A stretch of DNA of 41,434 nucleotides from a virus (taxonomy: Duplodnaviria; Caudoviricetes): positions 1 through 41,434 of the IMG/VR virus record IMGVR_UViG_3300048849_000150. The stretch is one strand, 5' to 3'. The notes under the pieces are model-generated. The model had not been told where the DNA came from, searched no databases, and was given only the letters and a program-made list of their open reading frames with translations. Made by a program: the position numbers and the translations under genes. Positions 1-7,730 of this stretch are shown here, one piece after another (position 1 is the first letter of the stretch; every line of letters starts with the position of its first letter).

Positions 1-1074
1 TTACCGCTTCTTTTTGGACTGAAAAGCTCGGATCACTTTGGCTTCGGATTCAACGTGGCGCGTGTAGTGTGCGCCCATCCGCTCCGACCTGTCGCCAAGG
101 GCCGCTGCGACGTCGCCAGTATCTGCCCCTTGGCGTCTGAGGTCTGCAGCATAAGTGGTGCGCAAGCCGTGTAGCGTCGTGCCTGACCCGATATGCCCCT
201 CGCGTTCTAGGTCACGAAGATAGTGGCTCACAGCTGTCTGCATCTGCTTTTCATCAATCCAAGGCGTCCCGTCCTGCCGAGTGCAGATCTCCAGAGCAGA
301 GCGGGTGAGGGCGTCAAGGTGCGTCTGCAGCTCGTCGACCACAGGGATCATGGTGTTCTCTTGGTTCTTGCGCGCGACTTTTCGAAAGCATTTCCAACCG
401 TGCTGAGCATGTACGGCATAGTCGTTCCAGCGTAGCTTGACGATGGTCTGTCCGCGATAGCCTGCGTGTCGAGCGATCAGCAGCGGCGTCAACAAGTAGG
501 TCGGGGCATGATCCCGCACGTAGTCCCACTCGTGGGAAAACCACTCTCGATTGGCGTTCGGATCGGCAGCGTGGACCTTGTCCATCCCCAGGGCAGGATT
601 GAACGGCAGCTTTCGCCGCTTCACTGCCTGGCTGAACATGGACGAGAGGGCGGAAACCATCTTGTCCGCGAAGCGCGGCCACTTCTCTTTGGCGCAGCGA
701 TCGCGAATGTCGTAGATGTCAGCAGTGGTTATGTCTTCTATCGGATAGTCGAATTCCGGGCGTAGCCAAAGGAAGGCGCTGGTGTAGTCGGCCTTGGTAG
801 CCGGAGCTAGCTTTTGGTATTTGGGGCAATCGTTTTCGAACCAGTACACGAGGGCGCCCAGAGTGCCTTCAGTGTAAGTCCGCTTCTTCTCCAGAACGGT
901 GCGGCAAGCGTTATAGGCCGCGATGAAATCTGGCATCTTCAGGCGTTTTAGGAGGTCGTCGCGAGACCCATCAAACCCGGCGAGAAGCTTTTCTCCCGTC
1001 GCGCGCACATAGACGTAGTAGCGCCCGCGCGCCTTGACAACGTTAAGGCCTTCCAGCTTCACCTTGACCACCAT
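1..1074 (-). CDS. int: Tyrosine recombinase / phage integrase
   Basis: 357 aa; GYRG box I Arg, HGLR box II, C-terminal AHYTR catalytic Tyr; prophage end position. Confidence 0.95.
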   Translation of the reverse strand: MVVKVKLEGLNVVKARGRYYVYVRATGEKLLAGFDGSRDDLLKRLKMPDFIAAYNACRTVLEKKRTYTEGTLGALVYWFENDCPKYQKLAPATKADYTSAFLWLRPEFDYPIEDITTADIYDIRDRCAKEKWPRFADKMVSALSSMFSQAVKRRKLPFNPALGMDKVHAADPNANREWFSHEWDYVRDHAPTYLLTPLLIARHAGYRGQTIVKLRWNDYAVHAQHGWKCFRKVARKNQENTMIPVVDELQTHLDALTRSALEICTRQDGTPWIDEKQMQTAVSHYLRDLEREGHIGSGTTLHGLRTTYAADLRRQGADTGDVAAALGDRSERMGAHYTRHVESEAKVIRAFQSKKKR

Positions 1075-1309
1075 TCAGCCTGTCCCCAAACCTGCGCTTA
1101 GGGGTATCATCTTGCTTGTTCGGATCGATCTTGACTAGCCACTCGTCTAGACGGGCTCGCAGGTAACGATCGCCGCGCGTAGACTGGGTGTAGCTCATCG
1201 GCTTGACCGGGCAGACTTTCTTGAAGGTCTCGGGGCAGCAGCCGCAATAGGCTGCAGCCGTTTTTAGATCCATCGCTGCAGGCCAGTAAGGAATAATAGG
1301 CGAGGTCAA
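1043..1309 (-). CDS. Putative excisionase / small DNA-binding protein
   Basis: 88 aa, AAMDLKTAAAYCG helix motif and RYLRARLDEWL; directly upstream of and overlapping int. Confidence 0.75.
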   Translation of the reverse strand: MTSPIIPYWPAAMDLKTAAAYCGCCPETFKKVCPVKPMSYTQSTRGDRYLRARLDEWLVKIDPNKQDDTPKRRFGDRLNGGQGEAGRP

Positions 1310-1764
1310 TTTTTGCCCTCCGTACGATGTTCGGGCGCTGGCGCTGTGCTATCATTCGGGGCACCGTGGATGGAGGCGTCGGATGGCAGCTCTACGAAAG
1401 CCCGCTCGTGAACGTGGGGCTCGTGCTCTATGTCGGCAGGACGGCCACCCTGAGGATATTCAGTTTGAGGGAAAGCCGATGTGGATGTCATACCTCCCGC
1501 AGGTTGACGCTGTGCTACAAGCCGCGCTTGCCCCTGATGAGTGGGAGCGGATGCGTCGGGAGGGGTGACCTCATTATCGGCGGGCATTACCGCGCCAGCC
1601 TTGTTCTTCCGGATGGCATTGCGGCTGGTCACCATGGTGTAGCCATCGGAGAACTGGACCAGACACGAGTTCATCGCCTTCGCTCGAATCGGCACCTCGC
1701 ATGGCTGTCCTTTCCGGCCCTGGCGATCCCAGGCATAGATGTAAGGTAGCGGCGCTGTCGTCAT
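1306..1764 (-). CDS. Phage hypothetical protein; plausible N-terminal domain, C-terminal part antisense to a + strand gene
   Basis: ATG 1764 with GGAGGT RBS and ATGA overlap; N-terminus YIYAWDRQGRKGQPCEV...NSCLVQFSDGYTMVTSRNAIRK looks like a phage small protein. Confidence 0.6.
   Translation of the reverse strand: MTTAPLPYIYAWDRQGRKGQPCEVPIRAKAMNSCLVQFSDGYTMVTSRNAIRKNKAGAVMPADNEVTPPDASAPTHQGQARLVAQRQPAGGMTSTSAFPQTEYPQGGRPADIEHEPHVHERAFVELPSDASIHGAPNDSTAPAPEHRTEGKN
1383..1568 (+). CDS. Small hypothetical protein (antisense moron), 61 aa
   Basis: GGAGG RBS at 1372-1376; RERGARALCRQDGHPEDIQFEGKPMWMSYL resembles small rhizobial hypotheticals (recalled, not searched). Confidence 0.65.
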   Translation: MAALRKPARERGARALCRQDGHPEDIQFEGKPMWMSYLPQVDAVLQAALAPDEWERMRREG

Positions 1765-2816
1765 GCCGGCACCTCCGGCAAGTCGTCGTGCTTGAAGACG
1801 TCCAGCAGCCTTGCGGCTGGCGCCCCTGCGCCTGATTGGCAAGAAACGTACCGAGCGGGACAAAAGCTCAGGAAGGCGTATGGTAGGAACATAATTGCCA
1901 AATTTTGGGAGGAATGCCGGTGTCTGACCAATGGACCTATTTTCCTGCTGCCATGACCGCTAACAACTTGCGCAGTCTTCGTGCCGCGTTTCAACGCGCG
2001 TGTGCCATCTCTGGAGCCTCCGATGAAGCAGAGAGGGATCTGCTGGCAAGTGTGATCTTCAGGTACTACCAACGAGGGCTGACGGAGCCTGATCGCCTTG
2101 CAGACTTGGCATGTTTCATTTGTGGCCTTGGAGTGCGGGGCGATGCCATAACCGCAGCGCCCCCGGCCGCCGGGCATGCAGTTCGCGTGGATGCATCTCA
2201 GCCGTTGGCCATTCCGATTGTCTCTCTCCCATCCATGGATAAAGGTCAGCTGTTCCAGGATCATGCCATCGCCTCCCTGGCTGCGGGTAATGGTGGGAAC
2301 TGATGCTTCCCGCTGGGGTTTGGATCGACCATCCCTGATGGCGACAAGCTGAATCGTCTCGGACCACCGGACCAAGACGTTCTGTACGCTTTCGGTCATA
2401 GCAGTACATTTGAAAGCGCTTATGTTAGGGGGGTGACTTGATCTCATACCGGACAGCCCGTTCCCCTGCCTTATAAAGGTGCTGTGGCTCGCTCCTGTTC
2501 TGTTTGACTGCAGATGGAGTGATCGATGCAGCGATACTTTTTTCACCTCAACTTCTTGCGCAACTACATCGAAGATTTGGAGGGCACGGAGCTTCCAGAT
2601 CTTGAAGCTGCCAAGAGCGAAGCGCGCGTCATAACCCGGTATCTTGCCGCTGAATATTTGAAGGGCGGGAAGAAGTTTGAGATGTGGAGTGTTCGCGTCT
2701 CTGATGAGACGAACAAGCTGTTGGCTGAGGTGTTGGTGCAGGAAGCCATCACCGAGGTATTCCCGCCCCAGATATTCAGCTCCTCGGGCCCTGACAGCCA
2801 CATATGAGTTGCTCAT
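1761..2816 (-). CDS. Putative filler ORF, 351 aa, antisense to two + strand genes
   Basis: GAGGAGG RBS and ATGA overlaps at both ends, but no recognisable protein features. Confidence 0.35.
   Translation of the reverse strand: MSNSYVAVRARGAEYLGREYLGDGFLHQHLSQQLVRLIRDANTPHLKLLPALQIFSGKIPGYDARFALGSFKIWKLRALQIFDVVAQEVEVKKVSLHRSLHLQSNRTGASHSTFIRQGNGLSGMRSSHPPNISAFKCTAMTESVQNVLVRWSETIQLVAIRDGRSKPQREASVPTITRSQGGDGMILEQLTFIHGWERDNRNGQRLRCIHANCMPGGRGRCGYGIAPHSKATNETCQVCKAIRLRQPSLVVPEDHTCQQIPLCFIGGSRDGTRALKRGTKTAQVVSGHGSRKIGPLVRHRHSSQNLAIMFLPYAFLSFCPARYVSCQSGAGAPAARLLDVFKHDDLPEVPA
1920..2303 (+). CDS. Hypothetical protein (antisense moron)
   Basis: GGAGGA at 1908-1913, GTG at 1920; helical N-terminus LRAAFQRACA...LASVIFRYYQRG resembling rhizobial small proteins. 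Confidence 0.65.
   Translation: MSDQWTYFPAAMTANNLRSLRAAFQRACAISGASDEAERDLLASVIFRYYQRGLTEPDRLADLACFICGLGVRGDAITAAPPAAGHAVRVDASQPLAIPIVSLPSMDKGQLFQDHAIASLAAGNGGN
2526..2807 (+). CDS. DUF6894-family protein (antisense moron)
   Basis: MQRYFFHL...DLEGTELPDLEAAKSEA...SVRVSDE signature; GGAG RBS. Confidence 0.85.
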   Translation: MQRYFFHLNFLRNYIEDLEGTELPDLEAAKSEARVITRYLAAEYLKGGKKFEMWSVRVSDETNKLLAEVLVQEAITEVFPPQIFSSSGPDSHI

Positions 2817-2905
2817 AGGGCCTCCTCTTTTTTCACGGTGGCAGCACACTTATTCTGTAGACCCTCCTCCCTCGTTTCGGGCGATGGGTTCCTGTCGGTG
2901 GTCAT
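2813..2905 (-). CDS. 30-aa coupling peptide MTTDRNPSPETREEGLQNKCAATVKKEEAL (below the ORF-track cutoff)
   Basis: Translated by hand; ATG overlaps the MTase stop and its stop overlaps the ATG at 2816. Confidence 0.35.
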   Translation of the reverse strand: MTTDRNPSPETREEGLQNKCAATVKKEEAL

Positions 2906-3633
2906 TCGTCACCTCCAAACATGTTTTTCTGATCGTATGCGGGAGCTGTCGGCATAGGCGCTGCAAAGAAGTCGGACTGGGCGTGGGCATTGCGGATGCG
3001 CTGGCAGGCGATCTCGAAGTAAGTCTCATCCCGTTCAATGCCGACGAAGGGCATGCCGGCTTTGACACACGCTACGCCCGTGGTACCGCTGCCCATGAAT
3101 GGGTCCATGATGGAAGATCCGGCAGGAAGGAATGACAGACACCACGACATCAGCGCGACCGGCTTCTGAGTTGGGTGCTGCCGCTCTCCGTCACGCTTAG
3201 ATGCAAGGCCATTGCTGCAGTAGGTGAACTTCTTCACCGAGTTACCATCGAGCGAGGACCAAGCCATTTCGCCGTCAGAATAGGACGGCATGGAGTTCAG
3301 CTTGTCCCAGAATAGCCAGCGGCCAGACGGCGGCAGGTAATCGGCAAAGTAATTGCCGCCCCATATGATGTGTCTGTGGCCGGCACTGAGCAGGAGTGAG
3401 AAAGCCTGCTCGCTGGGGCGGACATCGTCCCAACTGCCGGCATATGTCTTCGGCTTGCGCTTATATCGCCCGGATGCGTCTGTGCCTCCTCCGCCCATTC
3501 CATTGGCTTGGTTGATCCCATAAGGCGGATCGGTGACGATGGCGGTCGCCTTGCCAAGCGACGGCAGAACCTCGAGGCAATCACCAAGATAGAGCGTACA
3601 CTGCTCAATGACCTCTTTGCGGATGAAGGTCAT
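2902..3633 (-). CDS. Orphan DNA methyltransferase, N6A/N4C beta class
   Basis: TDPPY (motif IV) N-terminal, HPTQKP, DPFMGSGTTG (motif I) C-terminal. Confidence 0.92.
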   Translation of the reverse strand: MTFIRKEVIEQCTLYLGDCLEVLPSLGKATAIVTDPPYGINQANGMGGGGTDASGRYKRKPKTYAGSWDDVRPSEQAFSLLLSAGHRHIIWGGNYFADYLPPSGRWLFWDKLNSMPSYSDGEMAWSSLDGNSVKKFTYCSNGLASKRDGERQHPTQKPVALMSWCLSFLPAGSSIMDPFMGSGTTGVACVKAGMPFVGIERDETYFEIACQRIRNAHAQSDFFAAPMPTAPAYDQKNMFGGDE

Positions 3634-3857
3634 TCGGGGTCACCCATCTTTTGATCTTGGGGCGGCGCTGTCGAGCTGATCCCAGCTAAGACGCCGGCAA
3701 TAATAGTTGCCGGGGAGAAGTCACGGCGGTTCCACTTGATGGGATCGACGGCGAGATCGCCGATCCCGCATCCCTTTCCGTTGATGTGGACTGCACCATA
3801 GCCTCGGTCTTCCATAGGATCGGCGCAGAATGGGCAAGGCAAAAGCTTATCGGTCAT
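3630..3857 (-). CDS. Lar-like restriction alleviation / zinc-ribbon protein
   Basis: LLPCPFC N-terminus and KWNRR motif. Confidence 0.6.
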   Translation of the reverse strand: MTDKLLPCPFCADPMEDRGYGAVHINGKGCGIGDLAVDPIKWNRRDFSPATIIAGVLAGISSTAPPQDQKMGDPE

Positions 3858-4252
3858 GACTGAGCGCCTCCAATGGTGATGATGCGATCAGGGTGAACCA
3901 CCTCTGCCAGCTCGGACAGCGCGTCGATGCGCTCATGCTCCGCGATGTTCATGACAGGGACGGCGATCTCCGCGCCGTAGCGCCCTGTCCAGGTGGCAAG
4001 CCAGTCTCGCCAGTTGTCGCCATTGACCTGGTCGGCCTCATCAATGGCGGCTTGCATGTCGGGATAGAGAGAGAGCATGACCGGAACGGCTTCGCGGCTG
4101 ATGCGCGGGATCTGGTGCGTGTAGACGCTCTCGCCCGTCATCCAATTCAGCACCTCGTAGACGCAGCCAATGCCACCTTGGGAGACGAGGATGCCGGTGA
4201 CAGTGGACATGACCGCATCGACAGGGAAGAGTTTCGTTCTGCGATCAGCCAT
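3854..4252 (-). CDS. Phage hypothetical protein
   Basis: ATG 4252, overlapping neighbours; high GC3; motif VYEVLNWMTGESVYTHQIPR. Confidence 0.75.
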   Translation of the reverse strand: MADRRTKLFPVDAVMSTVTGILVSQGGIGCVYEVLNWMTGESVYTHQIPRISREAVPVMLSLYPDMQAAIDEADQVNGDNWRDWLATWTGRYGAEIAVPVMNIAEHERIDALSELAEVVHPDRIITIGGAQS

Positions 4253-5606
4253 TGTCCCGACCCTCCGCTGCGAGGGCATCGAAAACAGCCTGCAGGCCGG
4301 CTTTTGTGGCGATCAGGCCGATGTTTTCCTGAGGGATGCCGCTTTCATCATCGAGCCAGCGATCGAAAACATCTCGGAAGGCTGCCTTGTACGTGGTCGC
4401 CAGTTCGTCGGTGACCTGCACATTCGGATCGGGGGCTGTGGCTGTTAACGCTAGCTCCAGTCTTGGCTCGACAGCTATGCCGATGCCTGTATGGCTTCCG
4501 AGTGTAGGAGAGCCATCATGATTGCACGGATCGTCACCATACTTCGTCCCATATGCGTTGCTGCGACCGTCGCCCTCGCCGTCATATTGATCCTGTGCTT
4601 CTGGGACTGGCAGGTTGTGACCTGGGAAACCTTCTGGAAGTTGTTCTTCTCTTACATCGTGCTCATGAGCGCTTACACGTTGATCTATTTCATCGACGAT
4701 CCTAGGCGCATCACAGGGGGATAGTGTCGCTGGCGGGACCTGAGCAGCGACGACACCCGGCAGATTCATCTTTGGAGATGGGTTCTGCTCCTGTTCGCGC
4801 TCGGTTCTGCCTACGGGAGTACAATCTAAAACAGCTATGCCTGCTTGTTCTGCGACCACATGTGTCTCGGGTGCTGGGGTAGACAGGCCGGCCATCAGCG
4901 CTGCGCGCGCTTGGTCCAGCGCCTGGGCGTGAGCCTCATAGGGTTTTGGAAATTTGTGCGGCTGTGCGGCTGCTGCTTCTAGGTCTTCCCACGTTGTCTC
5001 AGCTTCTTCATGGGACTGCCACGTCTGCCATATTGCCCGGGCAGCACGACGAACCGCTTCATGAGTCAATCTCAGTGTCTCGGGTTCTGGGGTGGCTGCA
5101 TAAAGTGACGTGATGGCTTCAATGGCCTTTCCGTGAGCTTCCTGCAGATCACCAGAGCCTGCCACGATCATCTCGCTGAGCGCAGAAGTTGTCGCATAGA
5201 CGGCAGCGTCGAGCGCTTGTCGCCATCCTCGCGCGTGGCCGTCATGCGTTGCCTGGATCTGGGATGATGCGCAGCCCGGTACCAGTTGGGCAGAAACGTT
5301 TTGCCGAGGCCACTCAAACTTCCCAGCACTATGGAAGTAGGTATCGATCTTTCCATTCGGCAGCTCGTCGCCCGTTTCGAGATCGACGACGGGGGCACCT
5401 TCCAGGCACGCGGCGTGGCAGGTGCCAAGCTCGATGTCGGATGCGCAGGCGTCATTCGGCTGGAACGCGACCTGGCAGATCGGGCAGAGATCCTGCTCGT
5501 CATCCGCGGCCGATGCATCAACGCCCATGCCAGATCCTTGGCCGCTCTCGTCTGTAATTGTTGCGAAGCTTTCATGCACGCCAGGTGTCGGCTGTCTCTC
5601 GCTCAT
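4245..5606 (-). CDS. Mosaic phage hypothetical protein with Cys-rich N-terminal domain; reads through an antisense gene
   Basis: ATG 5606 overlaps upstream stop; CPIC...CASDIELGTCHAAC motif. Confidence 0.6.
   Translation of the reverse strand: MSERQPTPGVHESFATITDESGQGSGMGVDASAADDEQDLCPICQVAFQPNDACASDIELGTCHAACLEGAPVVDLETGDELPNGKIDTYFHSAGKFEWPRQNVSAQLVPGCASSQIQATHDGHARGWRQALDAAVYATTSALSEMIVAGSGDLQEAHGKAIEAITSLYAATPEPETLRLTHEAVRRAARAIWQTWQSHEEAETTWEDLEAAAAQPHKFPKPYEAHAQALDQARAALMAGLSTPAPETHVVAEQAGIAVLDCTPVGRTEREQEQNPSPKMNLPGVVAAQVPPATLSPCDAPRIVDEIDQRVSAHEHDVREEQLPEGFPGHNLPVPEAQDQYDGEGDGRSNAYGTKYGDDPCNHDGSPTLGSHTGIGIAVEPRLELALTATAPDPNVQVTDELATTYKAAFRDVFDRWLDDESGIPQENIGLIATKAGLQAVFDALAAEGRDNG
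4518..4724 (+). CDS. Small two-TM membrane protein (antisense moron; possible superinfection exclusion)
   Basis: AGGAG RBS, ATG 4518; two hydrophobic stretches; function is inference. Confidence 0.7.
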   Translation: MIARIVTILRPICVAATVALAVILILCFWDWQVVTWETFWKLFFSYIVLMSAYTLIYFIDDPRRITGG

Positions 5607-6118
5607 CGCGCGTCCTTCCACTGTTCAAAGCGGGCAAGCAGCGCCTTAAAGCGCCTTGCTGCTGCAGGGTGTGTGTTCAACTCAGTCCGAGACTCAATCT
5701 CCAGGACTTTGCGGAGGCTTGTGACGAACCTCTCGCGATCGGTCGTGGGGGCACCATGCTTCTCCGACAGAAATTTCTTGAAGCTCGGGTCATCGCAAAG
5801 AGTAGCGCATGCCTTCGAGAGGTCCGGCCGCGGCTCCTCCATCTCCTGCTTCAGTGCCCGGACCTCATTGAAGGCGCGCTTGAGCAGCACCAGTAGCGCG
5901 CGCATCAGAAGCGGCGCCTTGATCATCAGCATGCGGTCGTCATAGGGGCAGTCTGGCAAGATGTGCGCGATTGGCATGATCTCGCCCGTCATGTTGTCCT
6001 TGATGCAAATCTCAGCCCGCTTTTCGTCGACGTCATAGGATTCTGCCCATTCCTCGCTTGCGAGGCTGGCAAAGTGCTTTGCGTCAGGCAGAAGCGTGCG
6101 GGCGAGATCGAGGTTCAC
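5603..6118 (-). CDS. Phage hypothetical protein
   Basis: 171 aa; C-terminal LCDDPSFKKFL...LEIESRTELN motif; GTGA/ATGA coupling. Confidence 0.8.
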   Translation of the reverse strand: MNLDLARTLLPDAKHFASLASEEWAESYDVDEKRAEICIKDNMTGEIMPIAHILPDCPYDDRMLMIKAPLLMRALLVLLKRAFNEVRALKQEMEEPRPDLSKACATLCDDPSFKKFLSEKHGAPTTDRERFVTSLRKVLEIESRTELNTHPAAARRFKALLARFEQWKDAR

Positions 6119-6414
6119 TGCCGGCTATCTCGCAACTGGCGTAGACTGTTGAGTAGGTTCCGCAGCGGGCGGGTTTCCTCGGGGCAGCCGCACATGGTCA
6201 AGGTGTGAAAAAGCGCCTCTTCGAGTGCGTCCGCAGCAGCCCTGAACGATGCCTCATTCACTTCGCCTGTTGTCGAAAGCATGCCGAGGTTATGGCAGGC
6301 GGTCTGTATGCTGATGGCGATTGCCTGCAGCTCGGCATGGAACCGCTGCACCTGCTGTCCGCCGGCTGAGGGCGTCGGCTTGGCGCCGGGAAACGGAACG
6401 ATCACGGCGCTCAT
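6115..6414 (-). CDS. Phage hypothetical protein
   Basis: MSAVIVPFP start with ATGA overlap and GGAGG RBS. Confidence 0.7.
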   Translation of the reverse strand: MSAVIVPFPGAKPTPSAGGQQVQRFHAELQAIAISIQTACHNLGMLSTTGEVNEASFRAAADALEEALFHTLTMCGCPEETRPLRNLLNSLRQLRDSRQ

Positions 6415-6893
6415 ACCAGCGCCTCCGCCGCATAAGAGGCCTCGATGTCGAGGACGCGCTGTCCCGCCAAGGCGACAGCTGCTCCGAGGCACAAAAGCGC
6501 AAAGCTAGTGGCGAGAACGAGCAGAAGCCACGACGGCTTCCACTCGGCGCTCGCCTTCGCTGACCCGGTGATGACCGGTATTGCGTAAGGACGAGAGGTG
6601 TGATCGTCCTGGTGATCAGTGGCAACACCGTGGTGATCCGTTTGGACACCTAGATCATCGATGATGTAGGGCAGCGCCTGGTCTCGGTTGGCCTTGACGA
6701 AGGCGATGCGCCGCCGGAGCAATTCTGCGTCGATCAGCTCACGCGCCTGGTCGTACTGGGCAACGCTGTCACCCCAGCGCGCGGCTGTGGCGATCTCGTC
6801 GTGACACTTGCGGTATTCCCGATGAAGCTGCTGATCCGTCATGGACGCAAACCGCACGCAGGGCTCTATGGGGAGAAAATTGACGGCTGACAT
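6411..6893 (-). CDS. Phage hypothetical protein with C-terminal TM helix
   Basis: GGAGG RBS before ATG 6893; hydrophobic WLLLVLATSFALLCLGAAVALA. Confidence 0.7.
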   Translation of the reverse strand: MSAVNFLPIEPCVRFASMTDQQLHREYRKCHDEIATAARWGDSVAQYDQARELIDAELLRRRIAFVKANRDQALPYIIDDLGVQTDHHGVATDHQDDHTSRPYAIPVITGSAKASAEWKPSWLLLVLATSFALLCLGAAVALAGQRVLDIEASYAAEALV

Positions 6894-6904
6894 GGATTGA
6901 CCTC

Positions 6905-6968
6905 CGATCCGTTTCGGATGTCGCCACGGGGCTACCCTTGCGGGCGTGGCGATCACCGAAGCGGATCG
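6905..6968 (-). ncRNA. Long intergenic stem-loop in the leftward operon
   Basis: CGATCCGTTTCGG/CCGAAGCGGATCG outer stem, TCGCCACG/CGTGGCGA inner stem, CCC-GCAA-GGG tetraloop on the - strand. Confidence 0.6.
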
Positions 6969-6970
6969 CC

Positions 6971-7207
6971 TCAGGCAGCGCGCTGAGCCGGCACTGAGAA
7001 TCGCCGCTGGTAGGTGCTGCGTTCCACGGCATAGGCGCGGGCATCATCGACGACAGCTTCCAGCTGGCTCTGCGTGATCCCGAGACTGTTCTTCAGGTCG
7101 CTGGCCGTGCAGCCTTCGCCCAGGCGGCGCATGGCTTCGCCAACGCAGGCAATCTGCTCCTGGCGGTTACGGCAAAGGGGGTAGGCATTGTGGTTTTCGA
7201 AGCGCAT
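6971..7207 (-). CDS. First gene of the leftward operon; small HTH-like protein
   Basis: ATG 7207 after GGAGA; CTASDLKNSLGITQSQL is HTH-like. Confidence 0.75.
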   Translation of the reverse strand: MRFENHNAYPLCRNRQEQIACVGEAMRRLGEGCTASDLKNSLGITQSQLEAVVDDARAYAVERSTYQRRFSVPAQRAA

Positions 7208-7250
7208 GTTGTTCTCCATCAAAGGTCCGACGAGTTCGGATGGAGATAAC

Positions 7251-7299
7251 GTGCATCACATTCACACGGTCGTCAAGGCAAAAGTGAATGCCATGAACG
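7251..7299 (-). promoter_or_regulatory. Leftward early promoter/operator (PL/OL)
   Basis: TTGACG -35 at 7276-7271; CATTCAC elements; 7281-7299 reverse complement matches 8135-8153 at 18/19. Confidence 0.75.
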
Positions 7300-7456
7300 A
7301 GGCTCCTGCAGCTCCGCTACTGTTGCGCCGGAACTATAAAAGCTTCTGCTAGGATCCGCTTTGGGAAGGGAGAGAATTTTAGCGAACGCGAATCAACGAG
7401 TTGAGCAGGCGAGGAGGCAATTGACCGCTTGAGGCCTTGAACTGTTGGTCGCTTTT

Positions 7457-7471
7457 GTTCACTATAGGTTC
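7457..7471 (+). promoter_or_regulatory. Alphaproteobacterial LexA (SOS) box
   Basis: GTTC-ACTATAG-GTTC, exact GTTC-N7-GTTC; overlaps the -10 position 17 bp after TTGAAC (7437-7442). Confidence 0.8.
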
Positions 7472-7502
7472 TTGTTCCAGTACCCTCGCAGATGAGACCG
7501 TC

Positions 7503-7730
7503 GTGGCGATCAGTCATCAAATCAGGCAAAAGTACAAGACTCGAAACGACGAAATCGTTGCGGGCCTATTCGAGTCTGCAGGTGCGATACCGCCGGCTCC
7601 ACCAGAAATCGTCATCAAGCGGAAGGCCGCGGAGATATCAACGCTTATGGCGTTGATACACGGCGGCGACTGGCGGGTTGAGATTGACCATCACTCGGGC
7701 TTTGTACTGATTGCTCCTCGGGTGCCGTAG
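7503..7730 (+). CDS. SOS-regulated small protein, candidate antirepressor
   Basis: 75 aa from GTG 7503, downstream of the LexA box, convergent and overlapping the repressor 3' end; start codon uncertain. Confidence 0.65.
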   Translation: MAISHQIRQKYKTRNDEIVAGLFESAGAIPPAPPEIVIKRKAAEISTLMALIHGGDWRVEIDHHSGFVLIAPRVP

